DNA from: Selenomonadaceae bacterium
Lineage (GTDB): Bacteria; Bacillota; Negativicutes; Selenomonadales; Selenomonadaceae
Direction: 5' to 3'
Length of the DNA: 64,000 nucleotides
Assembly: GCA_017614505.1 (NCBI GenBank)
Contig: JAGABT010000001.1
Coordinates: 515 to 64,514, forward strand
A model generated the notes under the pieces. The model did no database searches. It was not told the origin of the DNA and saw nothing but the letters and a program-made list of their open reading frames with translations. The position numbers were made by a program, and so were the translations under genes. This document shows, one piece after another, positions 42,567 to 50,504 of the stretch. How positions within the stretch are numbered: position 1 is the first letter of the stretch; the number at the start of each line of letters is the position of its first letter.

Positions 42567-44047
42567 GAGGATTCTCCTTTCAGCTCAACAATTTCGTCTG
42601 CAATTTCCATCAGCCGCGCGTCGTGAGAAATAATCAGCGTGATACGCCCCTCCTTCCCGATTTTGATTTTCTCAATGAGTTCAGCAACCGCCGCCGCGTC
42701 AAGGTTATTATCCGGCTCGTCCAGAATCCGAATGTCTGCGCTTTTTTCAAACGCCGCGCCTATGGAAATCCTGCGCCGTTCGCCGCCCGAAAGGTTATCG
42801 TTCTTGATAAAATCTTTCTGCTCAACGACGGCGATATTTTTTTTGCGCGCGTGAATCATGTCCAGTTCAGCCAGAGGAGTTTCGTTGTAGAAAATTTCGC
42901 CGCCCGCCGGTCTGAGCATTCCGCAAACCAGATTAATCAGCGTGGATTTACCGGCGCCGTTCCTGCCAACGAGGCAGTAGATTTTCCCGCGCTCAAAAGT
43001 TTTGCTGAAGCCGATGAAAATTTTCTGTTCGCCGAAACTGTAGCTGACATTTTGAACGGCGATTGACTCAACGCGCTCCAGAACTTTAGTGCCGTTAGTT
43101 TCCGGCGGCAGATTTTTAATTTCCATGATTCTCGCATACGCCGCCAGCGCATTCTGATAGCCCTGCCCGATATTCATGAAATAACCAACGCTTTGCATTG
43201 CCAGCAGGTAGTAGCCGTTCAGCGCGACGAAATTGCCAATGCTCAGCTCGCGGTTCAGAACGTCGACGCCGCCGAGGAAAAAAATCAGCACCTTGAAAAC
43301 CGCGTTGGCGTTAATGGAACTCGTCGAGAACCAGAAAATAATCTTTACCTGCCGCATAACCGCGACGAAATTTTTTCCAAACGCCGCGCGGAATTTTTTC
43401 AGCCATTCCTCGTACAGACCGTGAAGTTTTATCGAGTAGGCGTAAAGCAGAATATCGCTGAGGCAGGTGAAATATTTTGAATCAGCCTCACGCACGGCGG
43501 TTGAACGCTCGAACAGGATTTTTTCCAGCCTGCGATAAACGACGCCGTGAATCAGCGCGATAATCACGAAAATCACGAGCCACTTAAGCCCGATTGAGTA
43601 CAGAAGCCCCGCCGCCATACACAGCAGCGCGAAATTTATGCAAATGTCCGTCATGCTGTCGATTGCGAAGCGGATTAAATCAATCGCGTCCTGGTCGAGG
43701 CGCTTTGAAAGGTAAACCATGTCGGTCCTGAAAATAAAATCGCCGCGCGCCCTGTGAACGCTTTGCAGAACGCTTTCGATAACGCTGTTGTTGATTTCCA
43801 GCCGCACCTTCGACGAAAAAATTGTATTAAACCAGTGCGCCGCTATCGCCAGTGAACTTATCGCCAGCAGAAGCAGGATAAAATCTCGGAACATCGCCGT
43901 GTCTTTGCTCAGTAAAATTTCGTCGATAAATTTCGCCGTGAGGAATGGCTCCAGCAGATTCAGCGCTGCCGTCAAAACTGAACAGACCGCCACGACCGCC
44001 AGCGCCGCCTTGTAATTTTTGAAATAGCTCCAGAGAAATTTAATCAT
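42563..44047 (-). CDS. Fused permease/ATPase ABC exporter (no C39 peptidase domain).
   Basis: N-terminal TM region. Walker A is GRNGAGKST, the signature is LSGGERRR, Walker B is ILDEPDNNLD, and the H-loop is ISHD. Confidence 0.85.
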   Translation of the reverse strand: MIKFLWSYFKNYKAALAVVAVCSVLTAALNLLEPFLTAKFIDEILLSKDTAMFRDFILLLLAISSLAIAAHWFNTIFSSKVRLEINNSVIESVLQSVHRARGDFIFRTDMVYLSKRLDQDAIDLIRFAIDSMTDICINFALLCMAAGLLYSIGLKWLVIFVIIALIHGVVYRRLEKILFERSTAVREADSKYFTCLSDILLYAYSIKLHGLYEEWLKKFRAAFGKNFVAVMRQVKIIFWFSTSSINANAVFKVLIFFLGGVDVLNRELSIGNFVALNGYYLLAMQSVGYFMNIGQGYQNALAAYARIMEIKNLPPETNGTKVLERVESIAVQNVSYSFGEQKIFIGFSKTFERGKIYCLVGRNGAGKSTLINLVCGMLRPAGGEIFYNETPLAELDMIHARKKNIAVVEQKDFIKNDNLSGGERRRISIGAAFEKSADIRILDEPDNNLDAAAVAELIEKIKIGKEGRITLIISHDARLMEIADEIVELKGESS

Positions 44048-44243
44048 GGCTGATAAAAAAATTGCCGTCGAAGTAACGGCTGAGAATATTTTTGCATTTT
44101 GGATTCGTCGCAGTCGGAGAACCGCCGCAATTTGAGGGAACTGTTAGATTGTTGTTGACATTCGCTCGCCCGCCCGCCGCCTCGTTTTTACGGAACGACT
44201 AACCGTCGATTTCGCTGTACGTCTTTGTCAGCGCCGACGTGGC

Positions 44244-44364
44244 TTACCACGTGCCGACGACGAGTTTTCCGCAGCCAGGCGAAGCGCAGTTGCCGCATTT
44301 ACCGGCATAAACGCGGTTCTGCTCTTTTTTGACTACAACGGGTTTCTGATAAGTTTTTTTCATG
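44244..44364 (-). CDS. Putative RiPP precursor peptide, frame-disrupted as assembled (leader and Cys-rich core are in different frames).
   Basis: SD GGAGGAG is 7 nt before ATG 44364. Frame 0 gives MKKTYQKPRCSQKRAEPRLCR* (stop at 44299-44301). Skipping one C of the CCCC run (44340-44343) gives MKKTYQKPVVVKKEQNRVYAGKCGNCASPGCGKLVVGTW* (stop at 44244-44246). It is not in the ORF track because it is under 60 aa. Confidence 0.45.
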
Positions 44365-44423
44365 ATATGCTCCTCCTTTCCCTGAAGTTTTTACGACGGC
44401 TCTCCGACTGCGACGCTCCATTT

Positions 44424-45746
44424 TTACTCTAAAACTTCGGCAGCGGCGCGGGCTTTCACTAAATCTTCGCCGCATTCTGTAAAGTCGCCGTGATTTCTGT
44501 TAATCAAATCCGCAACACAAACCGTGCAGTATTCCAGATAGCGGCAGTCTGCACATTTCGCAGTAACCTCGCGCATTCGGCGGTTTCTCAAATTCCAGTT
44601 CCTGGACTGCTCCCAGATATTCTGCAGGCTGTCTTCGCGGACGGAGCCAAAAGTTTGGTGAAACGTATTGCACGGGCGAACGCCGCCGAAAGGGTCGATT
44701 GACAGCGAATTAATTCCGGCGCCGCAGGACGCCCGCTCAAGCATTTGTTCGCGCGAAAATCTCGGCGCGCTCAAATCTGCCGGCACGTACTGCTTATTCA
44801 GCTCATAGAATTTTTTATAAAGTTCCAAATCACCCAGCGCGTAATCGGCGGCACATTTGCTTTCGTGACCGGAAATAATCCGCGGGGAAACTGTCACGTA
44901 CAGCTTGAGGCGCCGACCGAGTTCAAAAAGACTCTTAAGCGAATCGAAATTCTGTTTCATCGCCACGCACTTAATGAAAGTGTTGACGCCCGCACTCTTG
45001 AACATCAGCGTCGCCTTGAGCGTTTTCTCAAACGAACCCTTGACGCCGGTAATTTTGTCGTGCTCAGCGGCGATACCGCTGTAGAGGCTGACAGAAATTC
45101 CGTCGACCTTCGCCGCGCAGAGCCGTTCAAAAATTTCGTCCGTGAGCCCGACGCCGGTCGTGTACAGGTTGACGATAAAGCCGAGCGAAGTCGCAAATTC
45201 CACAATGTCGCACAAATCTTTCCGAAGCAGGATTTCTCCGCCGGTAAAGAGAATACTAACGCAACCCATTTCGCGTGCCTGTGTCAAAATTTTTTTGTAC
45301 TCGTCAAGCGTCAGCTCATTGTCCGCGCAGAATTTCGGCGCGTCGTCAATGTAGCAGTGAATGCACCGCTCAACGCAGCGGTAGGTAAGCTCGAAGCTCA
45401 GCGAAAATAATTTGTGTTCGCGTGCAAATTCCTCCGCAACTTCCATGGGAATTTTATTCGACCACATGTTATCATTGAGCGGCGTTCCTTTGTGCAAAAT
45501 TTTTTCACTGACAAGCTCGCCGACAAATTCCTGAATATCGCGCTGCAGTTCGTCCAAGTCGTCAACCGCGTAAATTCCGGCAATGTGCGCGCACAAATCC
45601 TGAACCGAGCCGTCGGGGTTTTCCCTGAAGTAGTTCAGCACGTCCAGCGCAATTCCGTCAAAAATGTAGTCTTTCTGGCTGTCAATGCTGTGCAGGTAAA
45701 CTTTTTCCCCGAACGCGTGAAAGGAAATTCCTGGTGCCAGTTTCAC
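44424..45746 (-). CDS. Radical SAM / SPASM-domain peptide maturase with an N-terminal PqqD-like (RRE) region.
   Basis: CVERCIHC (CX3CX2C) and the C-terminal CADCRYLEYCTVC SPASM-type Cys cluster. The start was moved to GTG 45746, 8 nt after AGGAGG (45755-45760). Confidence 0.85.
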   Translation of the reverse strand: MKLAPGISFHAFGEKVYLHSIDSQKDYIFDGIALDVLNYFRENPDGSVQDLCAHIAGIYAVDDLDELQRDIQEFVGELVSEKILHKGTPLNDNMWSNKIPMEVAEEFAREHKLFSLSFELTYRCVERCIHCYIDDAPKFCADNELTLDEYKKILTQAREMGCVSILFTGGEILLRKDLCDIVEFATSLGFIVNLYTTGVGLTDEIFERLCAAKVDGISVSLYSGIAAEHDKITGVKGSFEKTLKATLMFKSAGVNTFIKCVAMKQNFDSLKSLFELGRRLKLYVTVSPRIISGHESKCAADYALGDLELYKKFYELNKQYVPADLSAPRFSREQMLERASCGAGINSLSIDPFGGVRPCNTFHQTFGSVREDSLQNIWEQSRNWNLRNRRMREVTAKCADCRYLEYCTVCVADLINRNHGDFTECGEDLVKARAAAEVLE

Positions 45747-45845
45747 GCTTTCCACCTCCTGAAAAATTTTCTATTATGATATCACAAGGCGGTATTTTAC
45801 TGTTTCACTTTTCCGCGCCGCCTTCTGAACTTTTCAGTCTAAGGC

Positions 45846-45874
45846 TTGATTTATTTTGGAATTTCTGCTATCAT
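45846..45874 (+). promoter_or_regulatory. Putative promoter of the lipoprotein gene.
   Basis: TTGATT (45846-45851), a 17-nt spacer, then TATCAT (45869-45874). Confidence 0.4.
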
Positions 45875-45918
45875 TATGCGTCAAAAGTAATTTTGAATTT
45901 TTTTGGGAGGAATTTTTA

Positions 45919-46521
45919 ATGAAAAAAACTCTGGCATTGCTGGCGGTTGCCGCAATGATGTTCACGGCAGGCTGTGGAGCGCAGAAAGCCGCTGAAGACG
46001 CCGCCAATACTGCTACAGAAAAAGTTGAACAGGCTGCGGACGCCGCCAAAGACGCTGCTGCTGACGCCGCTCAGACCGCCGTCAATGCAGTTGCGGCAAC
46101 AGCCGAAGACGCCGCCGCCGCTATGAAGAAAATTCAGGAAGGCGACAAAACCGGTATGGCTATTGCGGGCGTCGTTCCTGGAATTAACGTCGAACGCGTA
46201 ACCGAAATGTACGGCGAGCCCGTCGCTACCGTGGAAAATGTTCTTCAGCTTGAAAATGGTCTCGACCTCAAAGTTAAAGATAAAATCGTTGAAGAAGTTT
46301 CCACCAGCTTTGAAGGACTTCCCACGCCCGCAGGAATTGGCGTAGGCAGCGCGGCAACTGAACTCAACACCGCCGACCTCTACGGCACCGCCGACACCAC
46401 CACCAACAGCGACGGCTTCACGGTTTACAAATACACCAGCAACGACAAACGCTGGACGATCAGTTTCGTCGCCGACAGCGCCGGCTATATCACGTCTATC
46501 GTCTGCGGTCTGAATAAATAA
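45919..46521 (+). CDS. Lipoprotein with an Ala/Asp-rich N-terminal region.
   Basis: MKKTLALLAVAAMMFTAGC lipobox. SD GGGAGG lies before ATG 45919. Confidence 0.7.
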   Translation: MKKTLALLAVAAMMFTAGCGAQKAAEDAANTATEKVEQAADAAKDAAADAAQTAVNAVAATAEDAAAAMKKIQEGDKTGMAIAGVVPGINVERVTEMYGEPVATVENVLQLENGLDLKVKDKIVEEVSTSFEGLPTPAGIGVGSAATELNTADLYGTADTTTNSDGFTVYKYTSNDKRWTISFVADSAGYITSIVCGLNK

Positions 46522-46546
46522 GAATTTTTTCACGCCAATATAAAAA

Positions 46547-46587
46547 CGGTCCCGCCTCCTTTCGGAAGTGAGACCGCTATTTTTTTT
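46547..46587. terminator. Intrinsic terminator between the convergent lipoprotein and mfd genes.
   Basis: Imperfect hairpin cggtc...gaccg (46547-46576) followed by T8 (46580-46587). Confidence 0.6.
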
Positions 46588-46612
46588 GCGCTGATAATCC
46601 TGCGCGAAATTT

Positions 46613-49600
46613 TCAGCCTTCCAATCTCTTCAGCACCATTAGCGCGGTGTCGAGGAGATTTTTTTTCGTTTCCAGCCGTATGAAAATTGACTTCGACTCG
46701 TGCGAGAATTTAAATCCTTCGCCGAATTTATTTGTCAGGAAGTTGAAACCCGCTGGCGAAATTTTTACCGACTTGCCGAATTGCAGTTCCATTGTCAGCG
46801 CGTTCATCTGCAGCGTCAGCAAGCCGATTTTTTTCGCCGCGCATTTTATCCGCGTGAATTTCAGCAGATTCATAACCGGCTCGGTCGGCTCGCCGAAACG
46901 GTCTATCAGCTCGTCAAGCAAATCGTTTACCTCGGTATCGTCGCGCAGGACCGCCAGCCGCTGGTAAATTTCAATCTTGTGCATGGAATTTGGAATGTAG
47001 TTATCGTCAATGTACGCCTCGACGTTGAGCGAAATCGTCGGCTCCGGCGGCGCGCCTTTAACCGGCTTGTTCTGCAGTTTGCTAACCGCGTCATTCAGAA
47101 GCTGGCAGTACATTTCAAAGCCGACGCTGGCAATGTGTCCATGCTGCTGCGCGCCGAGCAAATTTCCTGCGCCGCGAATTTCCAGATCCCGCATTGCAAT
47201 TTTGAACCCCGCGCCCAGCTGTGCAAATTCTTTCATTGCGTGCAGGCGCTTTTCCGCGTTCTCCGTCATAACTTTCGCCTGCCGGTGTACGAAATACGCA
47301 AACGCCATCTGGTGCGACCTGCCAACCCGCCCGCGCATCTGATAAAGCTGAGCCAACCCGAAATTATCCGCGTCGTAGATTATAATCGTATTCGCGTTCG
47401 CCACATCCAGTCCGTTCTCTATAATCGTCGTGCATAGCAGAACGTTGAACTTGCCTTCGTAAAAATCCATCATGATATTTTCCAGATAGGCGTCGGACTG
47501 CTGCCCGTGCCCAACCTGTATCTGCGCCTCGGGAACTAATTTTTCCAAATGCGCGCGCATAAGCTCAATCGTCTCAATGCGGTTGTACACGAAATAAACC
47601 TGCCCGCCGCGCTTAATTTCCCGCCGAATCGCCTCAGCAATAATCGCGTCGTCGTCCTCAATCACGTAGGTTTGAACTGGGAACCTGTCAGCGGGCGGCG
47701 TCGTTATCAGGCTCATATCCCGCGCGCTGACCAGCGACATGTGCAGTGTCCGAGGAATTGGCGTGGCGCTCATTGCCAGAATGTCAACGCCGTCCGAAAT
47801 TGAGCGGATTTTTTCCTTCTGCTTGACGCCGAATCGCTGTTCCTCGTCGATTATTATCAGTCCCAAATCCTTGAACTCGATTTTGGAATTTAGAATCGCG
47901 TGCGTGCCGATTAGAATATCCACCTGCCCCGCGCGAACTTTCTGCATGGTAATGCGCTGTTCCTTTGGCGTGCGGAACCGGCAGATAACGTCGACGACCG
48001 GCAGAAATCCCGCTAAGCGCTCGGAAAAAGTTTGAAAATGCTGCTGCGCGAGAACCGTCGTTGGTACGAGAATCGCAACCTGCTTGCCGTTCATCGCCGC
48101 CTTGTACGCCGCGCGAATCGCAATTTCAGTCTTGCCAAAGCCAACGTCGCCGCAAATCAGCCTGTCCATTGGCGTTTCGCGTTCCATATCCGCCTTGACA
48201 TCTTCGACGGCTTTAATCTGGTCGGGCGTCTCCTCGTAGGGAAATTTTTCCTCAAAATCAGCCTGCGTTACGTCGTCCACGTCGAAGGCGAAACCGTCAG
48301 CGGCGGAGCGGCGCGCGTAAATTTCAATCAGCTTTTCGGCAATATCTTCGACGGCGCTGGCAGCGCGGGATTTGGCGCGAGCCCATTCGCCGGTACCGAG
48401 CTTGGAAAGGTGCGGAACAGTTTCATCGTCGGAAATATATTTTTGCAGAACGCGGACGGAATCCGTCGGCAGGTAGAGCTTATCGCCGCCGCCGTACTGA
48501 ATGTGCAGGTAGTCGCGCTTCACGCCGTCAAATTCGAGCGTGTCAACGCCGAGGTACTTGCCAATCCCGTTCGCGGCGTGAACGACGTAATCGCCGACCT
48601 TAATCTCGGTGAAATTTTTAATCGTGTCGCCGGCGTAGCTGGCTGAACTTTTCATGCGGCGGCGCTCAACCTGGCTGCCGAAAATATCTTTCTCGGTGAT
48701 AACCGTGAGCTGAGCGGTCGGGAAGACGAAACCTTCAGTAAGCGTGCCAATTTCGAGTTCGACGGCGCCGGTGAGATTTTTTTCAGCCAGCAGATTTTTA
48801 ATCTGGTCAAGCTTGTGGTGAGCGGAAAACAGCGCGAAAATTTTCCTGCCAACTTCGGACTGGCGCTTAATTTCCTCGGCGAAAAATTCCAGCTGATTCT
48901 GGAACGAGGCGACGTTGGTCGCGGTTAATCCGAAAGTGTCAGTAAGCTCGGCGCCGCGAATTTTCTTCAGCATCAGCGCAATGTAAATCAGACAGCCGCC
49001 GCGCGAATTTTTAATCAGCTGCTCGAAGGTGAAAATATTGGGCTTGACGCCTTCGTCTTCCTTGACGAGATTTTCAATTTCCTCGCGGATTCGCGCAGGT
49101 TCGTCGAAGATAACGGCGCCGTCAGCCGCGCAGGTGGTGAAGGGCTCCGCTTTCTTAGGGTCGGCGGCGAAAACCGGCAGGACGGTCGCGCTCTCAATAT
49201 TTTTTTCTGAGCGGAGAGTTTCGGCGGAAATTTCGCGCATGGAATCAATCACGTCGTCGAAAAATTCAATGCGGCAGGGCTTTGGCGCGTTTATCGGGAA
49301 AATGTCGACAATCCCGCCGCGCACGCTGAATTTGCCCACGGCGTCAATATCGTCCGCGCGTTCGTAACCGGCGTCGACAAGTTTGGCGATTAAATCTTCC
49401 TGCCGCAGATTCTGACCGACAGAAATTTTGAGCTGGCTGGTAAGAAAATCCTTGCGGGAAAAATCTTTTTTGACGGCGGCGGTCGTTGTGGCAAGGACGA
49501 TAAATTTTTCGCCGCTGTAAAGGCGCATGAGAATTTCCAGACGCTGAGCGCGCCGCTCAACGCCAGCAGTTGCGCGAATGTCGAACAGGTCAAGTTCGGG

Positions 49601-49843
49601 CAGTTCCTCGACGGCAGTTTCCGGCAGAAGTTCAGCCAGATCGTTCTGCCAGCCGGAAATTTTTTCGCGGTCGCTGACGATGATAATGGTCGGACGCGGA
49701 TTTTTCGCGAAGGCGGCGGCAAGCGCAACGGTTTTCTGCGTACCGGCAAGCCCGTAAATTAAAAATTCTTTGTGCCGCGCGAAATTCGACGCAACGTCAC
49801 GGATAACTTCGTCGCGCAGGGCGGCTTCTAAAATTTTGTGCAT
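46613..49843 (-). CDS. mfd: Transcription-repair coupling factor.
   Basis: 1076 aa with GDVGFGKTE, DEEQRFGV and QLYQMRGRVGRS helicase motifs and a UvrB-homology N-terminus. Confidence 0.95.
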   Translation of the reverse strand: MHKILEAALRDEVIRDVASNFARHKEFLIYGLAGTQKTVALAAAFAKNPRPTIIIVSDREKISGWQNDLAELLPETAVEELPELDLFDIRATAGVERRAQRLEILMRLYSGEKFIVLATTTAAVKKDFSRKDFLTSQLKISVGQNLRQEDLIAKLVDAGYERADDIDAVGKFSVRGGIVDIFPINAPKPCRIEFFDDVIDSMREISAETLRSEKNIESATVLPVFAADPKKAEPFTTCAADGAVIFDEPARIREEIENLVKEDEGVKPNIFTFEQLIKNSRGGCLIYIALMLKKIRGAELTDTFGLTATNVASFQNQLEFFAEEIKRQSEVGRKIFALFSAHHKLDQIKNLLAEKNLTGAVELEIGTLTEGFVFPTAQLTVITEKDIFGSQVERRRMKSSASYAGDTIKNFTEIKVGDYVVHAANGIGKYLGVDTLEFDGVKRDYLHIQYGGGDKLYLPTDSVRVLQKYISDDETVPHLSKLGTGEWARAKSRAASAVEDIAEKLIEIYARRSAADGFAFDVDDVTQADFEEKFPYEETPDQIKAVEDVKADMERETPMDRLICGDVGFGKTEIAIRAAYKAAMNGKQVAILVPTTVLAQQHFQTFSERLAGFLPVVDVICRFRTPKEQRITMQKVRAGQVDILIGTHAILNSKIEFKDLGLIIIDEEQRFGVKQKEKIRSISDGVDILAMSATPIPRTLHMSLVSARDMSLITTPPADRFPVQTYVIEDDDAIIAEAIRREIKRGGQVYFVYNRIETIELMRAHLEKLVPEAQIQVGHGQQSDAYLENIMMDFYEGKFNVLLCTTIIENGLDVANANTIIIYDADNFGLAQLYQMRGRVGRSHQMAFAYFVHRQAKVMTENAEKRLHAMKEFAQLGAGFKIAMRDLEIRGAGNLLGAQQHGHIASVGFEMYCQLLNDAVSKLQNKPVKGAPPEPTISLNVEAYIDDNYIPNSMHKIEIYQRLAVLRDDTEVNDLLDELIDRFGEPTEPVMNLLKFTRIKCAAKKIGLLTLQMNALTMELQFGKSVKISPAGFNFLTNKFGEGFKFSHESKSIFIRLETKKNLLDTALMVLKRLEG

Positions 49844-50063
49844 AGTTCCTCCTTTAAAAATCCCAAGCGTAATTCTTCGACGGCGGCGAAAAAACCTTCA
49901 ACCGCGCCGAAAATTCCCCGCGAAATTTTCAAAAAATTTTTCAATGTATTTTTCCTGAAAGGCAGGAACATTGAAAAAGGCGGCGAATAGAAAAATCAAA
50001 AGGTTGCAGAAATGCAGCCAGCAGGTTACTAAGATTTTAAAAAATGATGGGAGAGATTTTTAG

Positions 50064-50336
50064 ATGGCAACAGCAGAAGCAAAAGCAACAATCGAAAACA
50101 AAACTGGTATTCACGCTCGTCCGGCGTCGCTCTTCGTTCAGACCGCGTCCAAATTCAAATCCAAAGTCAAAATCGCCGCGAAGGGCAAAGAAGTCGACGC
50201 AAAAAGCATTCTCATGATCATGAGCATGGGTCTCGTCAAGGGCACGGACGTTGTGCTTAAGGCTGACGGCGACGACGCTCAGGAAGCAGTTGACACGCTC
50301 AAGAAACTCATCGACGACAAATTCGGCGAAGAATAA
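50064..50336 (+). CDS. ptsH: Phosphocarrier protein HPr.
   Basis: GIHARPAS (His15 region) and a KSIL-type Ser46 region, 90 aa. Confidence 0.9.
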   Translation: MATAEAKATIENKTGIHARPASLFVQTASKFKSKVKIAAKGKEVDAKSILMIMSMGLVKGTDVVLKADGDDAQEAVDTLKKLIDDKFGEE

Positions 50337-50360
50337 GATTCGTTCGGCACGCAAATTGCG

Positions 50361-50396
50361 GGGGGAGGTTGGTTTTTTCAGACCGCCTCCTTTTTG
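50361..50396 (+). terminator. Possible attenuator or terminator between ptsH and ptsI.
   Basis: ggagg (50364-50368) pairs with cctcc (50386-50390) and is followed by T5. Confidence 0.4.
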
Positions 50397-50406
50397 TGTA
50401 ATTTTA

Positions 50407-50487
50407 TGGAGCAATGCTCCTACTCGTCGCATTTGGAGCAATGCTCCTACTCGTCGCATTTGGAGCAATGCTCCTACTCGTCGCATT
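50407..50487. repeat. Perfect 3 x 27-bp tandem repeat (tggagcaatgctcctactcgtcgcatt) in the ptsI 5' leader; a member of the mosaic hairpin family.
   Basis: Units start at 50407, 50434 and 50461. Each contains the conserved loop tcctactcgtc flanked by gcaatgc / gcatt(g/t). Confidence 0.92.
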
Positions 50488-50504
50488 GCAGGGGGAATAT
50501 TTTA

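Noticed and set aside
50037-50486. Minus-strand ORF with the MRRVGALLQ x3 repeat, and the plus-strand extension of ptsI with LEQCSYSSH x3.
   Set aside because: Both are read-throughs of the 27-bp tandem DNA repeat, whose period is divisible by 3. The minus ORF also overlaps ptsH antisense. ptsI has a proper SD and ATG at 50505.
50407-50487. Possible CRISPR array.
   Set aside because: The repeats are directly abutting with no spacers, there are only 3 units, and there are no cas genes in the window.
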